A DNA stretch of 64,000 nucleotides, from positions 5,890,001 through 5,954,000 of the forward strand of contig NC_087437.1 in assembly GCF_036321535.1 (NCBI RefSeq), written 5' to 3'. Source of the stretch: Camelus dromedarius. Taxonomy: Eukaryota. The notes under the pieces are model-generated. The model was not told the origin of the DNA and made no database searches. It saw only the letters and a program-made list of their open reading frames with translations. Of the stretch, positions 25,881-40,104 are shown one piece after another (the first letter of the stretch is position 1; every line of letters starts with the position of its first letter). The position numbers were made by a program, and so were the translations under genes.

Positions 25881-27384
25881 TTGAATGGTGGCTGGGACCC
25901 CTTCAGAGCGGAGGAAACGTTGACTACCACCGTCCCCAGCACCACCTCCGTTAAGAGTCTCATTCCTCCTCCTGTTCACAGTGCTTTCCCAGCGATCACA
26001 GTTTGCCATCAAAGCAGCTCCCGCTCCCACTGTCTGAGGCAGAAAAGAGGTGAAGGGAGGCAGACGTGACGTGACAAATGGTTGACAACTGGCACAGAGC
26101 ATCGTGGGTGCCGTGGGGTGCCCCTGGCCTTGGGGGGCTGGGGGGTCACAGCCTGCAGGTCAGTTGTGAGCCCCAGTACCAGGTACCCCTCCCTCCCTCC
26201 AGGACCAGGCCTGCTTTGGCCAGAGGGGCAGAGATGGGCTGGTGGGGACCCGGGGCAGCCCCCAAAATGCAGCCTTTTCTCAATTCTTATCCATATGTGT
26301 ATATTTGGGATTATTCCTTTGAATTCTTTTCAATTTATAATACTATTTACAGTTATTTCTGAGGCACAGATATAAGTTCTGCCCATTTTTAAACACTCAC
26401 AGTTCCCTGTTATACTGATAAAAGTTCTCACGAACCAAAATATGTAGGAACATTGTCTATCCTCAGCCACAGCATGCATATATCTATCCAGTTCCACCCC
26501 GATAGCCTTGCTTTTTCTTTACAATGCACGCGGTAACTAAGCCAGACAGGGCCTGGCTGGTGCGGTGGGGGTGGGGAGAAGAAATTTCAGGCAGTGGTTA
26601 TTTTCTACTCTGATGGCCATATATCAACATTCTGGCAACACGTATGATCCTTCCAGCCTGCGTCTGTTAACCTGGTGGGGACAAATGAACCAAACACCAA
26701 GAGTGCCCCCAACTCTGGCCACCATGCCCACCTATGTACCCTTGCTGGACACAAATCTAGGTGGTAGATGCTCATTTATCTGAAATCAATCAGCTCACGT
26801 TCAAAGAGTGGCTCTGGCCCAGGGCTCCCAGGGAACGCACACTCTCACACCTGCTCCCTCTTGTCTGCGAGGGCCTCCAAAACCCACAGGTGCGGGGGGC
26901 TCAGAGACCCCAGGGCCTGGCAGTGGGACCAGCTCTGGGTGCCAACACCTGAAGTGAACCTAAGTTTCCCGGTTATGTATCCAACCGGAGAACTCAGAAA
27001 TAAATCGCAGTACATGCACGTAGCAGAACACGTCAGAGCAGTGATGATGAACAAAATGCCACAGCTCACCGCACAAGGTGTAACTTTGAGAGAAGGGCGC
27101 CTCTTCGACACAAGGAAGGTACATTTTTTGTGTTTTCTCTGATTCTCCTCCTGCCCCTCCCCCTCCCCCTCATCAAGTCCTCTCACTGACGATGCTCTCG
27201 GGGACTCTGTACAGAGCACCTGGGGCCCGGCTGTAATTCAGCCCATTGTTGGCGTGAAGCCCCAGACTGAAGCCATCAGCGTGGGGCAATCATGTCACCC
27301 CCCTGTTAAATGCCGCCTCATGGCAGCCCACCAGACCTGGAATAAATGGCAAACTTTTTGCCATGATTTAGAACAAGGTCTGGA

Positions 27385-27572
27385 CAGCTGGTTTTGTCAA
27401 TAAAATTTTATCAGAAGAATCAGAAGACAGTGACACCCCATCTCTGCACACGTCTAGGGCTGCTTCCAGCTCCAACAGCAGAACTGAGAAATTGTGACAG
27501 AGCCTATTCGGCCCACAGAGCCAGCGGCATTCATCATCTGGCCCTTTCCAGAAAAGGTGTACCAGCCCCCGA
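27385..27572 (+). mobile_element. MER58A-like hAT-Charlie MITE
   Basis: 'tggttttgtcaataaaattttat...acagcagaactgagaaattgtgacagag...ggcccacagagcc...atctggccctttccagaaaaggt'. Confidence 0.7.
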
Positions 27573-29234
27573 AGAGCAGGCCCATGGGACCTGGCCGCCA
27601 GCCACCCCAGCCCGTGTCCAGGTGGGCCTCCCGCCCCGATGCACTCCAGGTGCTCACCCTGCTCAGTCCCCACCAGGAACTTCACAAGATGGGCCCCTTC
27701 TCATCATCCCGCTCTCAACCCTGATGTCCCCGAGGTGCCCCTGGCCACACAATCTCCTGCCGCACACTCCAGCTCATTCATTTAGTTTGTTTCTTCCAAG
27801 GGTTTCCTGCCTGCTGGTGTCCGGACAGTGTCCCCCAGGTGGAATGTAAACACCATCAGGGCCGGGAGCTTGGTAATCTGGTTTCTAAAAGACAGCATCA
27901 CACAATGAAGACAGAGTGGTCCATCCAACTATCCCCAACTCTGCAATTTAATTCCCTTTCCCAGCCTGCAAAGCAGGGAGTGTCAGGCCCATTTTACAGA
28001 TGGGGAAACTGAGCTTACCTAGTGAATCAATTTGCTCACAGTCGCACAGTTATTAAGGATCCAACGAGACCACACCTGCCTGAACTCAGAAGTCAGACCT
28101 TCCCTGGTTGCCCTGCTCTGGAACCTGGCCCAGACAGCTATGTCTCAGGCTAATATCTGAAAGGCACAGTCCTCTGTGGGATGGAGTCTTGGGAGGGCAG
28201 GGAACCCAGCTGGCAGACAGCGTCTTAGACCGTGGGTCCAGACTGCACATATGCTATTGATCTGCTACCTTCATTCATTTAAAAAAAATCCAAATAAAAA
28301 TGAAGCCCAGCAGTTGATCTGAATTAATCAGCTTTTCTGGCAGCTGCCACCTGAGAGTTACAAATTATCCTGAGCCAGTAAATTCCAACTGATTCTTTTT
28401 GTGTGGTGTCAGATTGGATTAAAGGAAATGTTGTGGGTAAAATGAAAGGCTATGCCTCTCTCATTGCTTTAGTTGCCCGAAGATAAATGCCTTTCATGAT
28501 GACAAATATCCTGTAAATTCTCATAACAATAACTAAAATTCAACTAAATCGGCCTGTGATTTTCCTTTATAGTCAGCTTGTTTACTGTTTGTTGAAGAGG
28601 ATGTCTGAGCCTTGCCTTTGAGGGATTTCAAAGCTAGGGTTAGCCCGGACTTCCTAAGAAAAGCCCCAAGCCAAAGCACCTGTCTGTATCTATGTTATTG
28701 TCTCTTGATTAAGAGACTACAAGGTCACAAGCTCCTTGACTCAGGAAGGAATGAAGGGCACAGGGGTGAAAGGAAGAGGAGCAAGACACTTTGGCCACGA
28801 GTCAGGATCCCTGGCCAAGTCGATCCATCTCTTTCTGTCCCAGTTTTCCCATCTATTAAATGAGGGCATTAATAACTGCCCTGCATACATTACAGTGTGT
28901 TCTCCTATACCTGAGAGAGGAGGTGTGAAATACTCTAGAAAGAGAAAAACTTGCTTCGTAGGCTGATTCTTACAATAAGGGCCTAACTACCGTGTGTATT
29001 CTCACAGTAAGTGAGTGGCGCTGCTGGACGTACAAAGGCCACTTTGGACACCTGACTCAAAGGACAGGGACAGAGATGAGGCAGAAACCACCAGGAACTG
29101 GCACTCGTAAGTTAAAAGTTACCTGCGTGAAGCAAAAGGTAAAGTCAAATCAACAAACTCATTTCTAGGTATGTAACAGCATGTTAAATTGGAAGTTTTG
29201 ACCGAGGTGCCATAATTTAATAACTGTGAAATCC

Positions 29235-32222
29235 CAAGGATTCAATCTATAGATTCAACACAATCCCTATCAAAATTCCAATGATATTTTTCACAGAACT
29301 AGAAAAAAGAACATTCAAATTCACAGGGAGTCACAAATAGCCAAAGCAACCTAGACAAAGATGAACAAAGCTGGTGACACCACACCTCCTGGCTTAGAAA
29401 TATGTTACAAAGCTATAGGAATTAAAACAATATGGTATTGCCACAAAAACAGACACACATATTAAGGGAACAGAGTAGAAAGCCCAGAAATAAATCCACA
29501 TGTTTTCTGCCAACTGATCTTTGGCAAAGGTACAAAGGATACAAAATGAGTAAAGATAATCTTTTCAGTAAATGGTGTCAGGAAAACTTGACATCTGTGT
29601 GCAGAAGACATTGGACCACTGTCTCATACCATATACAGAAATCAACACAAAATGAACTAGAGCTGATAAAAGAATTTGGCAAGGTAGCAGGATACAAGAT
29701 TAACAATCAGAAATAAGTGGCATTTCTTTACACTAACAATGAAATATCAGAAAAGGAAAGTAAAGAAACAATCCCTTTTAAAATTGCATCGAAAAAATTA
29801 AAATACTTAGGAATAAATCTGACCAAGGAAGTAAAAGACCTATATGCGGAGAACTATAAAACCCTGACAATGGAAATTAAGGATTACTTAAAGAAATGGA
29901 AAGATATTCCATGTTCTTGGATTGGAAGAATAAATATTGTTACAATGGCCAAACCACCCAAAGCAACCTATAGATTTAATGTCATCCCTATCAAATTACC
30001 CAGGACATTTTTCACAGAACTAGAACAAAAAATCCTAAAATTTATATGGAATCACAAAGACCCAGAATTATCAAAGCATTACTGAAGAAAAAAAATGAAA
30101 CTGGAGGAGTAACACTCCCAGACTTCAGACAGACAACGGTATAGAACTACAGTAATTAAAACAGCATTGTATTGGTACAAAAACAGACATGGCTCAGTGC
30201 AACAGAACAAAAAGCCCAGAAATAAATCCACAAAGTTTTAGTCAGTTAATCTTTTGACAAAGGAAGCAAGAACATACAATGGAGTAAAGACAGTCTCTTC
30301 AGCAAATGGTGTTGGGAAAACTAGACAGCTGCATGTAACTCAGTGAAATTAGAACACTCCCTTACACCATACACAAAAATACACTCAAAATAGCTTAAAA
30401 CCAAATAAGACAAGATGCTATAAACCTCTTAGAAGAAAACACAGGCAAAACATTATCCAACATAAATTTCAGCAATGTCCTCCTAGGGCAGTCTACTCAG
30501 GCAATAGAAATTAAAGCAAAAATAACCTAATTAAACCTACAAGCTTTTGTACAGCAAAGGAAACCATAAGCAAAACAAAAAGACAACCTACAGAATGGGA
30601 GAAAATATTTGCTAAAGATGAGACTGACAAGGGCTTAATTTCCAGTATATATAAATAGCTCATACAACTTAATAAGAAAAAAACAAACAGTCCAATCCAA
30701 AAATGGGCAGAAGACCTAAACAAGCAATTCCTCAATGTAGACATACAAATGGCCAACAGACATACGAAAAAATACTCAGTATCACTAATTATCAGAGAAA
30801 TGCAAATCAAAACTACAATGAGATATCACCTCACACCAGTCAGAATGGCCATCATTCAGAAGTCCACGAATGACAAATGCTGGAGAGGCTGTGGAGAAAA
30901 GGGAGTCCTCCTACACTGTTGGTGGGAATATAGTTTGGTGCAGCCACTGTGGAAAATAGTATGGAGGTTCCTCAAAAAACTAAAAATAGGCTTATCATAT
31001 TATCCAGCAATCCCACTTTTGGGGATGTATCCAGAGGGAATCTTATTTTAAAAAGATATATACAACCCAATGTTCATAGCAGCACTATTTACAATAGCCA
31101 AGACATGGAAACAACCTAAATGTCCATTGACAGATAACTGCATAAAGAAGTTGTATTTTTATATGATAGAATACTACCCAGCCATAAAAAGAATACAATA
31201 ATGCCATTTGCAGCAACATGGATGGACCTGGAGTTGTCATTCTAAGTGAAATAAACCAGAAAGCGAAAGAAAAATACCATATGACATAATTTATATGTGG
31301 AATCTAAAAAAAAAAAAAAAAATTTGCAAAACAGAAACAGACTCTCAGACATAGAGAACAAACTTGTGGTTACCAGAGGGGAGGTGGGTGGGAGGGGATA
31401 AATTGGGAGTTAGAGATTTGCAGATACTGATATATAATTAGATAAACAAAAAGTTTATACTATATATAGCACAGGGAACTATATTCAATGTCTTGTACTA
31501 ACTTACGGTGAAAAAGAACATGGAAACAAATATATGTATGTTCATGTATGACTGAAGCATTGTGCAGTACACCAGAAATTGACACATTGTAAACTGACTA
31601 TATTTCAATAAAAATATATATACAAAAAAATCAACACAAAATGATTAAAGACTTAAAATGTAAGCCCTGCAACTGTAAAAAAAAAAACAAGGAGAAAATA
31701 TAGGGAAAACTTCTTGACATCAGCCTGTGTAATGATTTTTTACATGTGACCCCAAAGCACAGGTAACAAAAATAAAAATATACACATGCGAGTGTATCAA
31801 CTAAAATCCTTCTTCATGGCAAAGGGAACCAGCAACAGAGTGAAGATGGGAAGAATTTTGTAATCCACATCTCTGATAAGAAGTTAAGATCCAAATATCT
31901 AAGTAACTCAACAGCAAAAAAACCAGATAATCAAAATAAAAAAGGAATAAAGGACCTGAATAGACATTTTTCCAAAAAAGACATACAGATGGCCAAAAGT
32001 GACATGACAAAATGCTCAACACCACTCATCATCAGGGAAATGCAAATCTAAACCACAGTGATATATCACCTCACCCCTGTCAGAATGGCCATCATCAAAA
32101 AGACAAGAGATGACAAGAGTTGGCGAGGATGCGGAGAAAAGGGAACCCTCCTGCACTGCTGGTGGGCGTGTCCATCGGTGGTGCAGCCTCCGTGGGGAAC
32201 AATATGGAGGTGCTTCAAAAAG
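29235..32222 (+). mobile_element. Older L1 (L1MA-type) ORF2 C-terminal fragment, split by a younger L1
   Basis: Diverged ORF2 coding remnants lie at 29245-29655 ([12 protein letters not shown]...) and 31628-32222 ([23 protein letters not shown]...). The two halves are colinear across the insertion. Confidence 0.85.
29656..31627 (+). mobile_element. Younger 5'-truncated L1 nested in the older L1
   Basis: It carries ORF2 remnants ([24 protein letters not shown]...), a 3' UTR and a tail. The 17-bp TSD AAATCAACACAAAATGA is at 29639-29655 and 31628-31644. Confidence 0.95.
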
Positions 32223-32523
32223 TTAACAGGCACGCATTTGGCTCACATGCAGACTGGCTGGGGGTAAGCTGGTCTAGGATGAGCCTACTCGGACACGTGT
32301 AGTCCACCGTGGGCTCAGCATATCAGTTCTGATCCTGGGGGAGCTCCCTTGTGCTTCTAGGACGAATGCCTGATTCCATTTTGCTCCACGTTGCCCCATC
32401 CCCTACCAGGCTAGACTAGGTTTATTCTCAGGACACAGCAGGGGTCCAAGACAGCGAGCACAATTCAAGGCATCCTCAGGTCTAGGCTTGGAAAAGGCCC
32501 ACTCTTCCTTCTACTGCATTGTA

Positions 32524-32845
32524 TAGTCGCCCCCCCCCCGCCCCCATATCCATGGGTTCCAGGGCCAAGGAGTCAGACAAACGCAGATGGAAAACATTCA
32601 AAATAAATTCTCGAACGTCCCCAAAAGCAAAACTTGAATTTACTGCGCACTGGCAAGTATTTATATAGGATTTACATTGTATTAGGTATTATAAGTAATC
32701 TAGAGATGATTTAAAGAGCATGGGAGAATGTGTGTAGACTGTATGCAAACACTATGCCATTTTATATAGGAAACTTGAGCATCCGTGAATTTTGGTATTG
32801 CAGGGTTCCTAGAACTAATCCCCCATGGATCTCAAGGGACAACTG
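32524..32845 (-). mobile_element. MER2/MER2B (TcMar-Tigger MITE) inserted in an MLT relic
   Basis: 'tttacattgtattaggtattataagtaatctagagatgatttaaag...gccattttatataggaaacttgagcatccgtgaattttggtat', with TA-flanked ends. Confidence 0.85.
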
Positions 32846-33439
32846 TACTGGCCAAATCACTCAAATAGCCAGATTCAAGCTCAATGACTGTCATCAGATG
32901 ACCTGTGTCCAGAATGGCTTGGCCACTTGCCTGGATGAACAGCACTCTCGCTGACTCTGCTTCCATGTTCCCAAAGGCCCTGGAGGTGGGGGTTGTCAAG
33001 AAACACACACACCTTGGAGTCAGACTCAAGTTCGGATCCAGGCTCTGTACTTATATCCTGTGTGTTCAGGGGCAAGTTGCTCTACCCCTCTGAGCTTCAG
33101 TTTCCTCATCTGCGATAACAGTTCCTCCTTCACAGGGGTTCTGTGAGGGTGACACGCTGGTTAGAAAAGTATTCAGCTCCCAGAGGTTGATCATAATGTG
33201 ACTTTCCTTCCCAGTGAGCTTGATGGAAAAAGGAAGTGTCAGTCTAGTTTTTTCTTTTTTCTATTTTAATATTAACAGCAATAATTAGTTTCTAATTGTA
33301 TACATTCTTGCATTTTTAGTTTTGGCACCACTTCCTCCAAGAAGTCCTCCCTGATGCGACCAGACCCTGAGAGGCATCCCGTGCATCTGGGGCAGTCAGT
33401 CGTGCCCTTCACAAAACGCCCCCAGTGAGAGGACATGTG

Positions 33440-33705
33440 GTAGGTCTGCAATACCCCAGCTCCTTCGGTGAAGTGTGACCATGTGACTCACGATGGCCAG
33501 TGGAATGTGAGTGGGCGTGATCACGGTGTCCTGTCTGCGTGAAGCTCTAAGCACCACCCCAGGACTCCTTCTTCTCTCCTTCTAGACCACCAGCCACAGG
33601 TGAAGGCTCCATCAGCCTGGTCCCCAAGTGAGGATCTCTGCCAGCTGACGTTCTGGGGTTCATCATTACTGCAGCGTAGCCCAGCCTCACCTGGATTGGT
33701 CCAGC
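33440..33705 (+). mobile_element. MaLR LTR fragment (MLT1J-like)
   Basis: 'gaccatgtgact...tggccagtggaatgtgagtgg...gctccatcagcctggtcccc...ttactgcagcgtagcccagcct'. Confidence 0.6.
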
Positions 33706-34444
33706 AGATGGTGTGTCACCCCCCTAGGCCACAAGCTCCTCAGGGAAGAGGTGGCTCATTCCCGCTTGACCACAGTACCTGGCATTCTGGGAACTCGGAA
33801 AACAAAGCCCAATGCCCCTTTTCTATTTCCTTTGGGCCAGCAAGCCCAGAGGGCTGAGGCAGGTCATTCCCCCTCCCATCTCAACAGTCACTGGAACCTC
33901 CCGGCACCTCCTCCAGATGTCTGCTCCGACTTCTAGACACATCTGCCCTTGTTGCTTGTTTTCTTTTCTAATCCTGCAAACAGACTCATGGATAAAACCA
34001 TAGCTAACTGTTCCTTTATGCTCACACATTAACTCATTCATACTAGTGAATCTGCAGTCAGACTACCTGTAAGTACCCTGTCCTCAGTGTCCTCCTCTGT
34101 AAAATGGGACTGAGAACAGCTGTCTCCCATAACCATTCTTCCCTCCTAATAGACCTTCCACCACCAACCCAATTCTTAGCTGCACACTTGGCTGCCTGGG
34201 ATAAGGAGTACACTTTCTGGGCGTTCTTGAGGCATATGACTAAGCTCTGGATGATGCGAATTAAGCAGCAGTGTCCCCTGCCACTCCTGGGGAGTCTCCC
34301 AAGGGAGCATGTGTTCCCTTCCATGGTCCCTCCTCCCTGCAGTCTGAACGAGGGTTCTTGGGCAGCTGTCCTGTGCTGGAGGAAGACACGAGATACACTG
34401 AGGCGGGCAGAGGAGCAGGATACCATCAAGACACACACCAGCCA

Positions 34445-37400
34445 GATCTTCCAGACAGAAAATAAATAAGGCAACAGAGAAATTAAATGATACAATAGAA
34501 AAATTAGAGTTGGTGTATATTTTCAGAGCATTACACCCCCCAAAAATAGGCTATACATTTTTTTCAAGTGCACATGGAACATTTTCTAGGATTGATCATG
34601 TACTTGGGCACAAAAGAAGCCTCAACAATTTTAAGAAGATAGAAATTATCTCAAGCATCTTTACTGACCACAATGCCATGAAACTGCAAATCAACTACAG
34701 AGAAACAAAGGAGAAAAACTGGAAAGCATGGAGATTAAACAGCATACTATTAAAAACCTAATGGGTCTGTGATGAAATCAAAGTTGAAATTAAGAAATAC
34801 TTGAGACTAATGAAAATGAAAACACAACCACACAAAATTTATGGGACGCAGCAAAGGCAGTGCTAAGAGGGAAGTCTATAGCGATACAGGCCTTCCTCAA
34901 AAAAGAACAATCTGAAATAAACAATCTAACCCACCAGCTAAAAGAATTAGAAAAAGAGCAAAAAACCACAAAAGGCAGCAGAAGGAAGGAAATTATAAAG
35001 ATCAGGGAGGAAATAAATAAAATAGAGATTAAAAAATATAGAAAAAATCAAACCAAAGACAGTTTTTTGAAAGAGTAAAATTTACAAACCTCTGGCCAAA
35101 CTCACAAAGAAGAAAAAAGACAGCACAAATAAGCAAAATAAGAAAGGAAAATGGAGAAATTACAACAAATAACATAGAAATACAGAATATCATATGAATA
35201 TTATGAAAAACTATATGGAACCAAAATGGATAACCCAGAGGGGATGGACAAGTTTCTGGAAACATACAGTCCACCAAGACTGAATCAAGAAGAAACTGAC
35301 CACTTGAACAAACCAATCACTAGAAATGAAACCGAAATAGCAATAAAAAAATCTCCCTACAAGTGAAAGTACAGGACTGGACGGCTTCACTGGGGAATTC
35401 TGCCAAACATACAAAGTAGAACTCATACCAGTCCTTCTCAAACTCTTCCAGAAGATTGTAAAAGAGGGAATAATCCCAAACTCATTCTATGAAGCCACCA
35501 TCACCCTGATACCAAAACCAGGCAAAGACACCACCAAAAAAGAGAATTACAGACCAATGTCACCGATAAACATAGATGCAAAAATCCTCACCAAAATATT
35601 AGCAAATAGAATCCAACAGCACATAAAAAAGATTATACATCATGATCAAGTGGGGTTCATCCCAGGGACACAAGGGTGGTTCAACATATGCAAATCAATC
35701 AGTGTAATACATCACATCAACAAGAGGAAGGACAAAAACCACATGATCATCTCAATGGATGCAGAAAAAGCATTTGATAAAATTCAACATCCATTTATGA
35801 TTAAAACTCTCACGAAAGTGGGTACTGAGGGAACATATCTCAACATCATAAAAGCTCTATATGACAAACCTGCAGCCAGCATAGTACTCAACGGTGGAAA
35901 ATCTCAAAAGCTTCTCACTAAAATCTGGGACAAGACAAGGCTGCCCACCTTCACCACTCCTATTCAACAGTCTTGGAAGTCCTGGCCACAGCAATCAGGC
36001 AAGAGAGAGAAATAAAAGGGATCCAAATTGGAAAAGAAGAGGTAAAAGTGTCACCATATGCTGATGACGTGATATTATATATATAAAACCCTAAAAGGTC
36101 CACACAAAAACTACTAGAGCTGATCGAAGAATTCAGCAAGGTAGCAGGTTACAAGATTAACGTTCAAAAATCAGTTGCATTTCTTTACACTAACGATGAA
36201 TCAACAGAAAAAAGAAAGTAAAGAATCAATCCCCTTTAAAATAGCACCCAAAGTAATAAAATACCTAGGAATAAATCTAACTAAGGAGGTGAAAGACTTA
36301 ATACACGGAGAACTATAAAACACTGATTAAGGAAATTAAAGAAGACTTAAAGAAATGGAAAGATATCCCATGCTCCTGGATTGGAAAAATCAATATTTTT
36401 AAAATGGTCACACTGCCCAAGGCAATCTACAGATTTAATGCAATCCCTATCAAATTACCCAGGACATATTTCACAGAACTAGAACAAATCATAATAAAAT
36501 TTATATGGAACCACAAAAGACCTAGAATTGCCAAAGCATTACTGAAGAGAAAGAAAGAGGCTGGAGGAATAACTCTCCCAGACTTCAGACAATACTACAG
36601 AGCTACAGTCATCAAGGCAGCATGGTATTGGTAAAAAACAGACATATAGACCAATGGAACAGAATAGACAGCCCAGAAATGAACCCACAAACTTTCGGTC
36701 AACTAGTCTTTGACAAAGGAGGCAAGAATATACAGTGGAATAAAGACAGTCTCTTCAGCAAATGGTGCTGGGAAAACTGGACAGCAGCATGTAAAGCAAT
36801 GAAGCTAGAACACTCTCTCACACCACACACAAAAATTAACTCAAAATGGATCAAAGACTTAAACATAAGACCAAACACAATAAACCTCCTAGAAGAAACT
36901 ACAGGCAAAACATTATCTGACATACATCTCAAAAATGTTCTCCTAGGGCAATCTACCCAAGCAATTGAAATAAAAGCAAGAATAAACAAATGGGACCTAA
37001 TTAAACTTACAAGCTTCTGCACAGCAAAGGAAACCATAAGTAAAACAAAAAGACAACCTATGGAATAGGAGAAAATTTTTGCAAACAATGAAACCGACAA
37101 AGGCTTGAGCTCCAGAATATATAAACAGCTCATACGACTTAATAAGAAAAAAAAAAAAACCCAATCCAAAAATGGGCAGAAGACCTAAACAAGCAATTCT
37201 CCAAGGAAGACATACAAATGATCAATAGACACATGAAAAAATGCTCAATATCACTAATTACCAGAGAAATGCAAATCAAAACTACAATGAGGTATCACCT
37301 CACACCAGTCAGAATGGCTATCATTCAAAAGTCCACGAATGACAAATGCTGGAGAGGCTGTGGAGAAAAGGGGACCCTCCTTCACTGCTGGTGGGAATGC

Positions 37401-38142
37401 AGTTTGGTGCAGCCACTGTGGAAAACAGTATGGAGATTCCTCAAAAGACTAGGAACAGACTTACCATGTGACCCAGGAATCCCACTCCTGGGCATATATC
37501 CAGAAGGAACCCTACTTCAAAAAGACACCTGCACCCCAGTGTTCACAGCAGCACTATTTACAATAGCCAAGACATGGAAACAGCCTAAATGTCCATCAAC
37601 AGATGACTGGATAAAGAAGTGGTGTATTTATACAATGGAATACTACTCAGCCATAAAAACTGACAACATAACGCTGTTTGCAGCAACATGGTTGTTCCTG
37701 GAGAACGTCATTCTAAGTGAAGTAAGCCAGAAAGAGAAAGAAAAATACCCTATGAGATTGCTCATATGTGGAATCTTAAAAAACAAAAAAACATAAATAC
37801 AAAACAGAAACAGACTCATAGACATAGAATACAAATTTGTGGTTGCCAAGGCAGGCAGTGGGAAGGGACAGACTGGGAGTTCAAAATTTGTAGATACTGA
37901 CAGGCATATATGGAATAGATAAACAAGATTATACTGTATAGCACAGGGAAATATATACAAGATCTTGTGGTAGCTCACAGAGAAAAAAAACTGACAATAA
38001 ATGTATGTATGTTCGTGCATAACTGAAAAATTTTGCTCTACACGAATTTGACACAACATTGTAAAATGACTATAACTTAATAAAAAAAGTTTTTTAAAAA
38101 AAGCGTATTAATGACTGTGGATTTCTCTCTTAAAAAAAAAAA
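34445..38142 (+). mobile_element. Young 5'-truncated LINE-1 (ORF2 from late endonuclease domain to 3' UTR), frameshifted
   Basis: It has long ORF2 pieces ([51 protein letters not shown] at 36057-36068; [18 protein letters not shown]). The TSD AAGACAC(AC)ACCAGCCA is at 34428-34444 and 38143-38157. Confidence 0.97.
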
Positions 38143-38204
38143 AAGACACACCAGCCAAGGACAGCATCACCGAGCCAGCAGAGAAATGAACCACCAGCTA
38201 CTGG

Positions 38205-38362
38205 GAGCCTCTGATGCCGGCTTAGCAGCATCAGGACCACCTGGGATTTTGTTCGGAATGCAGACTCTTGGCCCCCCCTGCTCAGACCTGCTGAATTAGA
38301 GTCTGCATTATAACTAGGTCCCCAGGTGATTTGCGTGCAAAGTACCGTTTGAGAGGCACTGG
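38205..38362 (+). mobile_element. MER5A (hAT-Charlie MITE)
   Basis: 'cagcatcaggaccacctggga...tgcagactcttggcccc...cagacctgctgaattagagtctgcatt...ccccaggtgatt...gtttgagaggcactgg'. Confidence 0.8.
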
Positions 38363-40104
38363 TGTGAGCAGCCTTCACCGACTGCTGAACACAGTCCTAA
38401 TGAAAGCACCAGCTCCAGCGCTGCTGGGAGGCCGATATGAGATCATTCAGGGAAAGCGCCTGGCACACGGCTCCGCCCAGCACAGGGCTCCGCCCAGCAC
38501 AAGCGCTGAAATTACTGGGTGAAATTGTCTCGGGGGGAGGGCCTGGGATACAGCACATCACCATCCGCCCCTGGAACATCCCCTAACTCGGAAATCTTGG
38601 AGACTGAGCAGAGAGAGCTCAGCATCCCTTAGTGACAATTGAGACGTTTTACCTAAGCCATTGGTTTGGGACCAGAGAAGGGAGGGGCCCTCAGAATGGA
38701 CGTTAACAGAGCCTGTCTCACAGCGTAACCCCAGATGATGCAGGCCCAGGAGGCAGGGAGGGGCAGGTTTTAGAAATCGGTTGCCAAAGCCCTTCCAGCC
38801 AGGCTGGCATGTGAGCGGCACAAGCGGCCCCTTCATGCTGTGCACTGGCGTGAGAACCGCCGCGTCCTGGCCTCTCCGTCCCGCACCCTGGCCGTGGAGG
38901 GCAGGCTTTCCGGGGCTGTGCTGGGTTCTGCCGCCGTCCTCATCCCAATTTTCCAGCCGGTCAAGCTTCATCTCCCCTGTGAAGTGACGGATGGAGCGCT
39001 CTGCATGGCCACTCATTATGGGCTGAAGGACGCAGTGGCCTCATTTCCGCGGGGATGCAGGGAGCCTGCTGATGCAGGAAGGGCCGCCTGGGCGTGGGGT
39101 GCTGCAGGGGAGGGTGCTTGCATCTTCCTGTGTGTCTCAGCGATATCCCCCAACCCCTGGACGCAGAATCCCACGGCAACCAAGAGGTCTCTGGGGCTGG
39201 ACTACCTGGGTTGTTAAAATCCTAGCTCCACCATCTACCAGCTGTTTGCTCGCTGATGAAGAACTGTGGCACACCAAAGTAATTTATCTGTACAATGGGG
39301 ATCGTAGGGTTGCTGTGAGAATCAGAGGAGGTGCAGGCCCCCCAGAGAGCCCCCAGTAAATCGTAAGTGCTGGTACTAATACCCCCAGCCTGTGAGCCAG
39401 TCCTCAAGCCCAGCCTGCTGGGGTCCTACCCCAGATGGCATGACAGCCACCACCACGGGACAGGCCGAGCACAGTGGGGGGACAGCTCAGCCCAGGCTGC
39501 CTGGAAGAGCAGAACATTCCAGAATCAGTCATCAGGAATCCCTCCTGTCCTTAATTTCTTATGGCTACAAACTAGAGGGGATTCTGTTTCTCCAGAGCCT
39601 TAATTATGGTTCCCTGGTAGGAGGGTTCTCATGAAAGGTTACTTGGGACTGAGCGACACCGCCTCAAGTGACAGATCAACATCCAGAAAGCGATTTGCAG
39701 AGATGTGGTCCCGTGTGCCCGCCCCAGGCCCTCTCTCTACCTGTATCTCTTCTTTAAGACGATTATTTTCTGCCCAAATCCATTGTAGCCTTGTGGGCTC
39801 TGACGTTTAGCGCTTAATGTCTTCCTGAGAAGCACCACCCTGGAATTTTCTGTAGGATTTCACCCAGGGGCGGAGATGGTCAGGTGTGAGGGAACTGCAG
39901 GGCCTGCATGCAGCCGTTTCCCCTGGGCAGGCGGCACCGAAACAAAGCCCAGCCCCCCGCCCCTGAGCTGAGCCCCTGGCACATCTGAGGCAGAGAGATG
40001 AAGCTGGGTTTGGCCTCCCCAGGATCCACTCTCCCCTCTCCGAGCAGCATCCTGGCTCCTCCGGGGCCCTGTCTGGCTTGGGTTCCCCCAGAAGCCACTC
40101 TGAG

